A DNA stretch of 64,000 nt from contig CAYMYO010000001.1 of assembly GCA_964394685.1 (NCBI GenBank), forward strand, positions 128,132 to 192,131. The letters are read 5' to 3'. Source of the DNA: an uncultured Gammaproteobacteria bacterium (GTDB taxonomy: Bacteria; Patescibacteriota; Microgenomatia; UBA10105; UBA927). Below the pieces are notes generated by a model. It was not told where the DNA came from and searched no databases. It saw nothing but the letters and a program-made list of their open reading frames with translations. The translations under genes and the position numbers were made by a program. Below, piece after piece: positions 39,525 through 49,294 of this stretch (its first letter is position 1; the number at the start of each line of letters is the position of its first letter).

Positions 39525-40772
39525 TTACGATAATATCGTACGTCTATTTTCTAAGAAATATGCAATTCCCAGTATAGTAAATAATAGAAATTCACTAACT
39601 ACCGTTATATAACTTGAAGCTATATATCCATATTTTGGTATAAATAATAGATTTAAAATAAAATTCAATATTAAGGAAACGCTAAGACCAATGATAATTA
39701 TGGAAATTTTCTTATTTATTAAGAAATAGTAATATATAATATTATCGATACAAAGGAGTGGAACAGTAAAGATAAGAATTCTAAGGCTGCTAGCACTGTT
39801 TACAAATTCTTTTCCAGCAAAAATATTTACAACAATTGGAGCGAAGATATAGCCCATAATCACCACTATAAGTGAAAATATAATTGAAATCCAAAGCGAG
39901 CTCCGTAATAGATAATTAAATTGTGTTTTATTATTCTTTGAGCTAGCTAATAGTGGATACACACTTGCCATATAGAATGCCCAAAGTATAATGATATTTT
40001 CAAATAGTTTATATGAGAAGCTATATATTCCCACATCTGAGGCTGACTTCATTACCGACAGCATAAGGGTATCAACCTTAAAGCTTAAAGTTGCCAATAA
40101 CGATGCCACACCAATAGGGAAGGATACTTTAATTATCTTCTTAATTAAATCCAACGATGGAACAGTGGATAAGTGAAAATATGTTGGCGTTAAATATATG
40201 TTCAATAATGTGTTAACTATATTTCCAATTAAAACAGATAAAATAATTGCGTTTAACCCCAAATGCAACAAAATTACTATAATAATTGCAAGTATAGTTA
40301 CAATTCGATTAATTACGTCTAACAATGCTACCAGATCAAGCTTAACTTGCGCCTGAAGTACAGAGGCTCCATAACCATTTATCTGCCCAACTCCTACAGC
40401 AATAGAACCAATAAGAATTGTCATTTTAATTGTTTGTGAGTATGGAAAAAAGATTAATACTATAAGTGATAACAAGACTGAAATAATCGTAAAGATTACT
40501 TTCAGGGAAAAATAGGTGGATTTAAGTTTATCTGACGTTACAGAATTACCAGATAAATCTCGAACGAGAGTAAGTTGAAGTCCAAAATCAGCAAATATAC
40601 CAAAAAAAGCCAGATATGCGAAAACAAGATTATATACACCATATTGGGCAACACCTAAATATCTAGTTAAAAGACCTACCATCAGCAAACCAAGGACGAC
40701 AGTTGTAGCTTTTGCGAATATTTGGCTAGATGTATTAATGAATATCCGTCTGAATATCTGATTTTTTTCCAT
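39525..40772 (-). CDS. wzx: Polysaccharide/O-unit flippase, MOP superfamily (Wzx-like).
   Basis: 415 aa with ~12 TM helices and the N-terminal ...FAKATTVVLGLLMVGLLTRYLG... typical of polysaccharide biosynthesis (Polysacc_synt) flippases. Minus strand. Confidence 0.7.
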   Translation of the reverse strand: MEKNQIFRRIFINTSSQIFAKATTVVLGLLMVGLLTRYLGVAQYGVYNLVFAYLAFFGIFADFGLQLTLVRDLSGNSVTSDKLKSTYFSLKVIFTIISVLLSLIVLIFFPYSQTIKMTILIGSIAVGVGQINGYGASVLQAQVKLDLVALLDVINRIVTILAIIIVILLHLGLNAIILSVLIGNIVNTLLNIYLTPTYFHLSTVPSLDLIKKIIKVSFPIGVASLLATLSFKVDTLMLSVMKSASDVGIYSFSYKLFENIIILWAFYMASVYPLLASSKNNKTQFNYLLRSSLWISIIFSLIVVIMGYIFAPIVVNIFAGKEFVNSASSLRILIFTVPLLCIDNIIYYYFLINKKISIIIIGLSVSLILNFILNLLFIPKYGYIASSYITVVSEFLLFTILGIAYFLENRRTILS

Positions 40773-40931
40773 GTTAATGTGCTTAGAGTATCATATTTTT
40801 CAGCTGGATGGTATTAATTGCTATAAATTACTTTAAAGAAAGTGAATTGGATTTATTGCCAATTACTTCAATCAATTTGCTTCAGACGTAATTCTCTGTT
40901 ATCTTTTAGGTGAAGGCTTAAAAATGTATTG

Positions 40932-40994
40932 ATTCTCATTGATTGCCTTGGAGAAGATTGAAGCTAAGTGATAACCCTGTCTTATAAATTCCCG
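40932..40994. repeat. Copy 2 of the ~63-bp imperfect direct repeat (with partner at 37432-37494).
   Basis: Core ccttggAgaagattgaagctaaGTgataAccctgtcTtataaatTcccgc. It lies 3' of the minus-strand GT87 gene and 5' of the minus-strand wzx-GT4-GT2 cassette. Confidence 0.6.
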
Positions 40995-41020
40995 CATTCT
41001 TACGACAAAGAAATTAACAT

Positions 41021-42142
41021 TTACAAAAAAATTCCGCTTCTTCTCAGATTCCTTTTTATGGCAAGCAGCCATAAAATGAATGCTCCGATAAAGGGATGGG
41101 AGAACATCAGCATATGGGAATTTGTGAATGCTTCGGGAGTACGAATGTGAAATGACGTTAATGCGTATACAAGAACAAGCAATAATTTTTCTATCGTACT
41201 TGTTGTTGTGGCCCATAAGACAATCAAAAGCGGAATAAGAATAACGTAATGGTGAAACCATGAAAAACTGGAAAGAAACAGGAGAACTGAGAATATTAAT
41301 CCGAAATACGATAAGGATTTATTTTTTGATTTAAGAAATAAAAATAGCGAAGTAGTTGTAAAAATAAGTCTCAACAATAAACGGATGTCTGAGGAAAAGT
41401 GTAAACGCAATAAAAAACTATTGAGCGATTGATCAAAGTAGGCTCTCTCTCCTCCTTGAAGAAAAAGATTTCCGCCGATTACGCCGAAATACGAAGTTAC
41501 GATGGCAGGCGTAAAAATCAATAGTGTCAATCCCAGACCAACAAGAATAGTGATGACAAAACTCAGAATCGTTTTCCATTTCTTTTCCTTTATAAAAAAG
41601 AGAATGAGGAAACACGGAAAAATTTTGATAAGCGTTGCTATTCCAAGAAGAATCCCTGGCAACACGTCCCTGTTTTTTCGGAAAAAGTAAAAAGACGCGG
41701 TCAGCAGCAAAAGAATAACAAGATTGATCTGCCCGAGTGTCAGCGTAAATTTTACCGGAAAATATTGTATAAAACAACTTGAAAGAAGTAAAAATGTAGT
41801 TAACTTTTTTGTTTTCGTAAAAAGCATTCCGGTTAGGAGCCAGACAGCGATAAACAGACTGGCGAGAGAAGACAAAAGGAAAACAAAAGCAGTGATTGTT
41901 TTGGGAAAAAATGTCAACATGAGAAAGAAAGGCAAGCTTGTTGGCGGATAATTAAATGGAATTTGAGAGATATGTGGTTCATACACCTTTCCATGAACTA
42001 AAGCGGTTTTGGCGGCATTGATATAAACGCTCAAATCAACAAAATTATCCGAAAGATAAACAAAATATAGCTTATAAAGTTGCTGACCTAAGGCAGTAAC
42101 AAATATCAGAAAAAGAAAAATGTTAACGAAATTTTTCTTCAT
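41021..42142 (-). CDS. GT-C-like integral membrane glycosyltransferase, DUF2029/GT87-like.
   Basis: 373 aa, ~11 TM helices, with an N-terminal ...DLSVYINAAKTALVHGKVYEP..FNYPPTSLPFF... motif characteristic of DUF2029/GT87 mannosyltransferase-like proteins. Confidence 0.5.
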   Translation of the reverse strand: MKKNFVNIFLFLIFVTALGQQLYKLYFVYLSDNFVDLSVYINAAKTALVHGKVYEPHISQIPFNYPPTSLPFFLMLTFFPKTITAFVFLLSSLASLFIAVWLLTGMLFTKTKKLTTFLLLSSCFIQYFPVKFTLTLGQINLVILLLLTASFYFFRKNRDVLPGILLGIATLIKIFPCFLILFFIKEKKWKTILSFVITILVGLGLTLLIFTPAIVTSYFGVIGGNLFLQGGERAYFDQSLNSFLLRLHFSSDIRLLLRLIFTTTSLFLFLKSKNKSLSYFGLIFSVLLFLSSFSWFHHYVILIPLLIVLWATTTSTIEKLLLVLVYALTSFHIRTPEAFTNSHMLMFSHPFIGAFILWLLAIKRNLRRSGIFL

Positions 42143-42203
42143 AGTGTCTCTCTTTTTTATGATATCATAAGAACAACTAAATACAGTTTTTTATTGTAAA
42201 AAT

Positions 42204-43172
42204 ATGACAATTAACAAAATATGCCAGGTAAAACTCAAGCCGACTGCACCGTTTCATTTTGATGCAACGTTTCATAAGCCAGCTCATTTTGCTTCAGGAG
42301 ATAATTATTGGGAATCCGGTGCTCGATGGCAGACATTTCGTTTTTTGGAGAAAAATCTAGGCGTGGTGTTTAGAAATACTGGTTCTGTTGATAAGCCTTT
42401 TATAGAAGTTGAGATCTATAGCAGTAAAACATTGTCCAAAGAATTCGTCGATACATTTATCAACGAGATTAGATATAGATATAATCTTGACCTTGATCTT
42501 AATGATTTTTATAAGCGTTTCTTTAAAGATAAGATACTGGGTCCAGTAATCAAGAAAATTCGTGGAATGCGGCCTGGTCATCAGGATTCGCTTTATGAAT
42601 ACTTAATGATTGGTATTCTGTTACAAAATTGCACTGTTCGCAGGTCAATACAGATGATGCAGTCTCTTTTCGAAAAATACGGCACATTATTGGAATTTGC
42701 TGGAAAAAAACTGTGGTGTTTTTGGGAGCCGGGACATCTGAAAAATATTACAGAGGATGAGCTACGCGCATTAAAGCTAGGGTACCGTGCAAAATCTATT
42801 AAAAAGGTTGATGATTACTTTTCACAAGGTCTTATCAATGAAATGGACCTGCGGAAAAAAGATAAGGATACTCAGATGAAAGAGTTGTTAAAACTTTACG
42901 GTGTTGGACCAGCAACAGTTTGGTACCTATTGTTTGATGTATTTCATCATTTCGATTTTTTCAACCATATTTCTCCGTGGGAGCAAAAAATATATTCGAA
43001 ATTATTTTTTGGTAAAGATCCGGATAAACCAGTTCCCGTTGAAAAACTTCTAAAATATTTTGAGAAGTTTGGCGATTATAAGCAATTGGCTGTGCATTAT
43101 ATTTGGGAAGACTTGTGGTGGAAGCGGAAGAATGAACAAATACCGTGGCTAGAAAAATTAATTAGAACGTAA
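42204..43172 (+). CDS. HhH-GPD superfamily DNA glycosylase (AlkA/Ogg-like).
   Basis: ...DSLYEYLMIGILLQNCTVRRSIQMMQSLFEKYG... (start of the HhH-GPD domain) and the helix-hairpin-helix LLKLYGVGPATVWYLLF followed by acidic residues. Confidence 0.5.
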   Translation: MTINKICQVKLKPTAPFHFDATFHKPAHFASGDNYWESGARWQTFRFLEKNLGVVFRNTGSVDKPFIEVEIYSSKTLSKEFVDTFINEIRYRYNLDLDLNDFYKRFFKDKILGPVIKKIRGMRPGHQDSLYEYLMIGILLQNCTVRRSIQMMQSLFEKYGTLLEFAGKKLWCFWEPGHLKNITEDELRALKLGYRAKSIKKVDDYFSQGLINEMDLRKKDKDTQMKELLKLYGVGPATVWYLLFDVFHHFDFFNHISPWEQKIYSKLFFGKDPDKPVPVEKLLKYFEKFGDYKQLAVHYIWEDLWWKRKNEQIPWLEKLIRT

Positions 43173-43221
43173 ACCGATATTCATGATATGTAAACGCACA
43201 CTGTGATACGATATTTCATAT

Positions 43222-43668
43222 ATGGTATTTCTTCAAAAGAAGATTTCTTGGTTAATCCTTACTATATTTTTTGTTTTTGATAATGTGTTTTCGTATTACG
43301 CAGTTACTAAATTGCATGGTCGTGAGGCCAACTTGCTTATTGCACCATATGTAGAGAAGTGGCCGATTTTATATTTTTTTTGTATTCCCGCTCAGATACT
43401 CATTATTTGGATTATTGTTCGTGGAATTCGGAACGTAGCGATGAAACTATTTTACTTTAAAAATAAACTGTTATTAGAAACAATTATTCTTCAGTCTCTG
43501 GTGATTTATTGGGCAGTTGCTAATTCTTCTATGAATTTTGCCTTCATGATAGGGTATCGGCAATCTATTCAACGTTGGCATGTGCTAACCATTATTGGAA
43601 TATTATGTGCAATTATTAACTTTTTCTATTGTATAATTGGTATATGCAAAAAGAACAAACATGGATAA
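43222..43668 (+). CDS. Hypothetical small polytopic membrane protein.
   Basis: 148 aa with four hydrophobic helices. No recognised family. Overlaps the next ORF by ~40 bp. Confidence 0.35.
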   Translation: MVFLQKKISWLILTIFFVFDNVFSYYAVTKLHGREANLLIAPYVEKWPILYFFCIPAQILIIWIIVRGIRNVAMKLFYFKNKLLLETIILQSLVIYWAVANSSMNFAFMIGYRQSIQRWHVLTIIGILCAIINFFYCIIGICKKNKHG

Positions 43669-45101
43669 ATAAAAATAGTTTTGTTTTGCTTCTTATCTGG
43701 TGTTTTGTGTTGACTATCCTTTACAGCACACTATCTATTCTTCGCCATATGCATTTTCAGTCCGGAGGATTTGATCTCGGGCTCTATGATCAGGCTGTAT
43801 GGAAATTCGGACATTTGCAAGGTGCATATAACACTGTGAAGCAACGGATTATCTTTGGCGACCATTTTGTTTTGACGCTTCCTTTATTTGGACTTCTTTA
43901 TTATATCTGGGATGATGTACGGCTACTCCTTATTATGCAGGCAGGAGCAATTGTGTTTTCAGCAATTCCCATGTTTCTTATTGCCAAACGAAGATTAAAT
44001 TCCAAAATTGCAGCGCTTTGTATTGCAGTTATCTATAGTCTGTTTTATGGAATCCAATACGGCGTGTATTTTGATTTCCACCCCATTCTTATTGGTGTAG
44101 CTATTCTTTCGTATCTTGCATACTTTTGGGAATCAGAGAAAAAGACGTTGTTTTGGATCACGTTGGTAATTGCTCTTGCAACACAAGAGAATATGGGAAT
44201 AGCTGTTACTGGACTTGCTGCTATCTTTTTTTTCCGAAAAAAACATTGGAAACAGGCAATTATCGTCGGAACTATTGGGCTTTTCTATAGTTTTATTTCA
44301 ATGAAAATTATTTCACGATTTTCACCAGTTGGTTATGAGTATGTACCACAATTGCCTACAACGGTGCGTGATGCGTTTTTACGATTGTTTGATAGTGAAG
44401 AAAAAAGACTGGTATGGCTGTATAGTTATTCGCAATTATCATTTGTGCCGCTTCTTTCTCCGGGAAGTCTGATAGCAGTCTTCATGGATGTATCCCAGTA
44501 TTTTGTAACAGGTCCTGAATTTAGCCGTATGTGGAGCCCGTTTATGCATCACAGGGCTATCCTGGCACCATTTCTTGTTTTGGGAACGATTGATGTACTT
44601 TCATATTTCAAAACTAAAATAAAATATATAACAATTATATCGCTTATACTGTTGATGATATCGCTTGGAACGCAATATTATTTTCATTTCCCCCTAAATA
44701 AACTCGTAAAAGCTGACTATTGGAAAGAAGAAGCGTGGATGAATGACACTCGTGCTATGGTTTTATCGATTCCAAAAGAATTCAGCATTGCCACTCAGCA
44801 AAATTTAGTTCCGCATCTAACGCACAGAAATGAAATATATCTTATTTATCCCAGAGAGCATAATATTACAGAATCTCCCTGCGGACAAACTCTTTGTTGG
44901 TGGTTGGATTTCGGTGGGAAACCAGAATATTTAGTAGTTGATACCAGACCAAATCAGTGGCTCACGCAAATATTGGAAACAAATGAAAATTGGAATGCAG
45001 CAATAACTAATATGGAACGAGTGGGTAGAATAGTGCTTGTTCGGCAAATTGGTTTTATGAAATTATTTAAAATTAATTATGATAAAGGTAACGTGTATTG
45101 A
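43629..45101 (+). CDS. DUF2079-like integral membrane protein (putative GT-C-like transferase).
   Basis: ~490 aa with an N-terminal ...RHMHFQSGGFDLGLYDQAVWKF... motif typical of DUF2079 family proteins. Many TM helices, then a C-terminal soluble domain. Confidence 0.45.
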   Translation: MYNWYMQKEQTWINKNSFVLLLIWCFVLTILYSTLSILRHMHFQSGGFDLGLYDQAVWKFGHLQGAYNTVKQRIIFGDHFVLTLPLFGLLYYIWDDVRLLLIMQAGAIVFSAIPMFLIAKRRLNSKIAALCIAVIYSLFYGIQYGVYFDFHPILIGVAILSYLAYFWESEKKTLFWITLVIALATQENMGIAVTGLAAIFFFRKKHWKQAIIVGTIGLFYSFISMKIISRFSPVGYEYVPQLPTTVRDAFLRLFDSEEKRLVWLYSYSQLSFVPLLSPGSLIAVFMDVSQYFVTGPEFSRMWSPFMHHRAILAPFLVLGTIDVLSYFKTKIKYITIISLILLMISLGTQYYFHFPLNKLVKADYWKEEAWMNDTRAMVLSIPKEFSIATQQNLVPHLTHRNEIYLIYPREHNITESPCGQTLCWWLDFGGKPEYLVVDTRPNQWLTQILETNENWNAAITNMERVGRIVLVRQIGFMKLFKINYDKGNVY

Positions 45102-45118
45102 TATAATATCTTCTAGAT

Positions 45119-47947
45119 ATGTCTACCTCACTTAAAATCACTAATTTTCAGGAAAAAATAGACCTAGCGAAAAAAGAGCATGAGGTATTAACGTTTTGGG
45201 ATGAAACGAAAGCGTTTGAGATGTCAGTATCCAGTAGACCCGAATACAAACGATATGTATTTTATGACGGACCTCCATTTGCTACAGGCCTTCCGCATTA
45301 CGGACATATTCTTGCGTCAACGGTTAAGGACGTATTTCCGCGGTACTTTACCATGAAAGGGTATCGAGTTGAACGGGTATGGGGTTGGGATTGTCATGGG
45401 CTTCCTATTGAAAATATCATCGAAAAGGAACTCAATTTGAAAGGCGGAAAAAAAGGGATTGAAGCGTTGGGAATTGATATATTTAATGCGGCATGTCGCG
45501 CTGCGATACTACGATTTGATCGCGAATGGGAAAAAGTCATACGGAGAATTGGCCGATGGGTTGACTTTACTCATTCCTACAAAACCATGGATATGAAATA
45601 TATGGAGTCTGTCTGGTGGGCGTTTAAAACACTTTTTGAAAAAGGACTTGTGTATGAGGGGCGGAAAGTTATTTTGTATTGTCCCAGATGCGCAACACCA
45701 TTATCCAATTTTGAAATTGCGATGGACAACAGTTACAAAGACATTGACGAACCATCAACAACGTATAAATTTAAAGCTTCGGATGCAAAAGACACTTATT
45801 TTCTTGCCTGGTCTACGACCCCATGGAATAAGCTGGTCACAACAGCTCTTGCAGTTAATCCGAATTTTACGTATGTCTATGTAAAACAAGGAAATGAAAC
45901 ATATGTATTGGCTGAGACAAGACTTTCGATGCTTATTGATTCACCATGCGAGATCGTAAAAAAAGTTCAGGGATCAGAACTTCACGGCATGAAGTATGAA
46001 GCGCTCTATGATTTTTATCCAAACCGAACAAAGGACGAGCAGGCCTTTATTGTTGTCGCTGATGAATACGTTACGGCAACAGAAGGAACAGGTATTGTCA
46101 CTCTTGCTGTGTATGGAGAAGAAGATTACCGGGTTATGAAAAAACATCACATTCAACTAGCTGAGCATGTTGATATGGAAGGAAAACTGAAAAAAGAGGT
46201 TACGCCATGGCAAGGAATGTATATAGTAAAAGCTAATCCTCTTATCGATGAAGATCTTAAAAAACGTGGTCTTCTATATAAAGAGGAACACATAACGCAC
46301 AGTGTTCCTACGTGTTACCGATGTGAAACACGACTTTATTATGCGCCAATTCCAGCTTGGTTTATTGATGTGCAAAAGATGAAATCAGATCTTATCGCAC
46401 AAAACAAGCATATTCATTGGTATCCGGAGTATTTAAAAGAAGGAAGATTCGGAAAGGGGCTTGAACAAGCGCCTGATTGGAACATTTCAAGAAGCAGATA
46501 TTGGGGAACACCGATGCCAGTATGGAAAAATCAGGAATCGATACGTATGATTGAATCGATAGAAGAGTTAAGGAAATGGGCAGTAGATATTGATAAAGTG
46601 TCAAAGCTTACAGACATCCATAGGGAATATTTGGATGATATTGAAGTATGGGTTGACGATGCAAAGACAATCAAGGGGAGAAGAATTCCTGAAGTTTTTG
46701 ATTGTTGGGTGGAATCCGGCAGTATGCCGTATGCATCCATTCACTATCCATTTGAAAACAAGGAAAAATTTGAGTCCACGCACCCGGCGCAATTTATTTC
46801 TGAATATATCGCGCAAACCCGCGCATGGTTTTATACGCTTCACGTGATGTCAGTTGGTTTATTTGGAACCCATACATTTGAACATGCGGTAACGTCAGGA
46901 ACAATACTTGCTGAAAACGGGGATAAAATGAGTAAATCAAAACGCAATTTTCCAGATCCATCGCTTGTGTTTGAAAAATACGGCGTGGATGCCTTGCGAT
47001 TTTATCTTATGAATTCTGTTGTCATGAAAGCAGAAAATATTAATTTTTCAGAAGACGGTGTCAAGGAAGTGTATCAGAAAATTATTAGTATTTTATGGAA
47101 TGTTTGCACCTTTTATAAACTGTATGTTCCCGGTAAAGTTATTGTTGAACCTAAATCAAAACACGTATTAGATAGATGGATAGTCAGTCGAACAAATTCT
47201 CTTATTATTGCGGTGACAACGGCATTAGATGCATATGATACGGTTTTCGCATGTCACGAAATAAGTAATTTTATTAGTGATTTGTCAACATGGTATGTTC
47301 GAAGAAGTCGTGATCGAATAAAATCTGATGCGATAACTCAGCAAACATTAGGATGGGTATTAACAACTCTTTCTAGAGTCATGGCCCCAATTACACCATT
47401 TATCAGCGAACTTATTTATCAAAACGTCGTAGGTGAAGGAAAGTCTGTTCATCTTGCATTATGGCCGAAAGCAAATGGAGTAAGTGATGCCGGTCTTGAA
47501 CATGATATGGTGTTTGTCCGGCAGCTTGTTGAACAAATTCATGCCGTAAGAAAAGAAAAGGGCATCCCTGTCAAACAACCGCTTTCAAAAGTAACTATAT
47601 ATTCTAAAAAAAATAATATTTCTCCGGAATTCGAAGTATTGATCCTGGAGGAAGTAAACATCAAAGCAGTTGTTTGGGGGGCTAGTGAAAAAGAATTACG
47701 AATAGAACTTGATACGACAATAACGCCGGAATTGAAGGCTGAAGGAGACGTGCGGGAACTGATTCGGGCGGTGCAGAATGTACGTAAGACTCAAAAGCTT
47801 GGAATTACACAGCACATTCCAACACTGCAAATACCAAATATGTACAAACATCTAACAGAAACGCAAATTACGCATATTCAAAAGATAACGCTTTCAGATA
47901 CAATTGTATGGAACGACACCCTCGCTATTACGACTGGTCAACAATAA
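45119..47947 (+). CDS. ileS: Isoleucine--tRNA ligase, type 2 (eukaryote/archaea-like).
   Basis: Class I HIGH region FYDGPPFATGLPHYGHIL, KMSKS (DKMSKSKRNFPDP) and a large editing domain. The N-terminus matches type-2 IleS; the C-terminus lacks a Zn-finger. Confidence 0.75.
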   Translation: MSTSLKITNFQEKIDLAKKEHEVLTFWDETKAFEMSVSSRPEYKRYVFYDGPPFATGLPHYGHILASTVKDVFPRYFTMKGYRVERVWGWDCHGLPIENIIEKELNLKGGKKGIEALGIDIFNAACRAAILRFDREWEKVIRRIGRWVDFTHSYKTMDMKYMESVWWAFKTLFEKGLVYEGRKVILYCPRCATPLSNFEIAMDNSYKDIDEPSTTYKFKASDAKDTYFLAWSTTPWNKLVTTALAVNPNFTYVYVKQGNETYVLAETRLSMLIDSPCEIVKKVQGSELHGMKYEALYDFYPNRTKDEQAFIVVADEYVTATEGTGIVTLAVYGEEDYRVMKKHHIQLAEHVDMEGKLKKEVTPWQGMYIVKANPLIDEDLKKRGLLYKEEHITHSVPTCYRCETRLYYAPIPAWFIDVQKMKSDLIAQNKHIHWYPEYLKEGRFGKGLEQAPDWNISRSRYWGTPMPVWKNQESIRMIESIEELRKWAVDIDKVSKLTDIHREYLDDIEVWVDDAKTIKGRRIPEVFDCWVESGSMPYASIHYPFENKEKFESTHPAQFISEYIAQTRAWFYTLHVMSVGLFGTHTFEHAVTSGTILAENGDKMSKSKRNFPDPSLVFEKYGVDALRFYLMNSVVMKAENINFSEDGVKEVYQKIISILWNVCTFYKLYVPGKVIVEPKSKHVLDRWIVSRTNSLIIAVTTALDAYDTVFACHEISNFISDLSTWYVRRSRDRIKSDAITQQTLGWVLTTLSRVMAPITPFISELIYQNVVGEGKSVHLALWPKANGVSDAGLEHDMVFVRQLVEQIHAVRKEKGIPVKQPLSKVTIYSKKNNISPEFEVLILEEVNIKAVVWGASEKELRIELDTTITPELKAEGDVRELIRAVQNVRKTQKLGITQHIPTLQIPNMYKHLTETQITHIQKITLSDTIVWNDTLAITTGQQ

Positions 47948-48960
47948 TAGTGTTATTGTTGTTGACTGTTTTTGGATTATTTATTCTACTGACCGTTAAT
48001 TCTGCTCTTTTTTATCAGCAACTGCTTTATAGCGGTATCGGTCTCGTTCTTCTATTGGTTATTTCAAAAATAGATCCGATACTCCTTACCTGGTTTGTCC
48101 CTTTTGGGTATATCGGCAGTATTCTTTTTTTAGCTCTTTCCTATATTGGTCCCGCAATCCGCGGAGCGCATCGCTGGATTCTGATTGGTCAACAACAAAT
48201 TCAACCATCGGAAATAGTGAAACCCGTACTTTTGCTTGTATTTGCATATCTCATTACGAAATTTCCTCCAAAAAAACTGCCCGAGATACTATTCCATTCA
48301 ATTATTTTTTTCATTCCATTCTTTCTTGTTTTTCGGCAGCCGGATTTAGGTACAAGTTTAGTATATGTTGCCATGTGGGGAGCAATGATGATCATGGGAG
48401 GATTTCCGCTCGTTCTTTTTTTTGGCGGAATCGGAACGACAGTAGCAGGGCTTCCGATACTATGGAATCTGTTGGCTTCCTATCAAAAATCGAGAATTAT
48501 TACGTTTCTTGATCCCATGCTTGATCCGCAAGGGGCAGGATATAACGCAATCCAAGCAGTTATTGCAATAGGAAGCGGCCAATGGTTCGGGCGGGGATTG
48601 GGATTGGGAACACAAAGTCATTTACGGTTTTTACCTGAATATTATACTGATTTTATGTTTGCTACTCTTGTAGAAGAATTAGGGTTTGTTGGAGGAGCGA
48701 TACTCCTTGTTCTTTATACCATATTATTATGGAATATCATAAAACCGCTGATTAAGAACACCATTGTGGGAAGATTACCGGTCATTTATACGATAGGTGT
48801 TTTTACGATGCTTCTTACTCAAATTGCGATAAATAGCGGGATGAACATGGGAATTCTCCCTATTACTGGTATTACACTGCCGCTCGTGTCGTATGGAGGC
48901 AGTTCACTTCTATCCATAGCTCTGAGTTTTGGAATACTCCGGGCAATTGCATTTGAATAA
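47908..48960 (+). CDS. rodA: SEDS-family protein, RodA-like (second FtsW/RodA paralog).
   Basis: FtsW_RodA_SpoVE family. ...RWILIGQQQIQPSEIVKPVLLLVFAYL... and a C-terminal GGSSLLSIALSFGIL. 40-bp overlap with ileS. Confidence 0.7.
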   Translation: MERHPRYYDWSTIIVLLLLTVFGLFILLTVNSALFYQQLLYSGIGLVLLLVISKIDPILLTWFVPFGYIGSILFLALSYIGPAIRGAHRWILIGQQQIQPSEIVKPVLLLVFAYLITKFPPKKLPEILFHSIIFFIPFFLVFRQPDLGTSLVYVAMWGAMMIMGGFPLVLFFGGIGTTVAGLPILWNLLASYQKSRIITFLDPMLDPQGAGYNAIQAVIAIGSGQWFGRGLGLGTQSHLRFLPEYYTDFMFATLVEELGFVGGAILLVLYTILLWNIIKPLIKNTIVGRLPVIYTIGVFTMLLTQIAINSGMNMGILPITGITLPLVSYGGSSLLSIALSFGILRAIAFE

Positions 48961-48982
48961 CGCCCCTGATACAATACCAAGC

Positions 48983-49291
48983 ATGTTTGCAACAGTTGTC
49001 ATAGCAGGAAAACAGTATGTTGTCGCTCCGGGCGATATAATTATCGTGGATCATATCGATGGAATTGTCGGCGATGCAAAGGTTTTTGATACCGTGCTTT
49101 TGTATAACGACGGTAAAAAAACAGAGGTAGGTATGCCAACAGTTAAGAGTGTGAAAGTTACCGCAAAAATTACTTCCCAAGAAAAAGGCGAAAAACTTCA
49201 TGTTAGGCGGTATAAACACAAAGTTCGATATCGGAAATCAACTGGATTTCGTGCACATGAAACCACATTACTTATTGAAAAAATTGGTTAA
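48983..49291 (+). CDS. rplU: 50S ribosomal protein L21.
   Basis: MFATVVIAGKQYVVAPGDIIIVD..., a ~100-aa basic protein. The ORF is open from 48929; the start is placed at 48983. Confidence 0.85.
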   Translation: MFATVVIAGKQYVVAPGDIIIVDHIDGIVGDAKVFDTVLLYNDGKKTEVGMPTVKSVKVTAKITSQEKGEKLHVRRYKHKVRYRKSTGFRAHETTLLIEKIG

Positions 49292-49294
49292 TCC

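Noticed and set aside
40899-41261. 120-aa minus-strand ORF spanning the repeat copy 2 region and the 3' end of the GT87-like gene.
   Set aside because: It overlaps a better-supported gene in another frame and crosses the non-coding repeat. Judged spurious.
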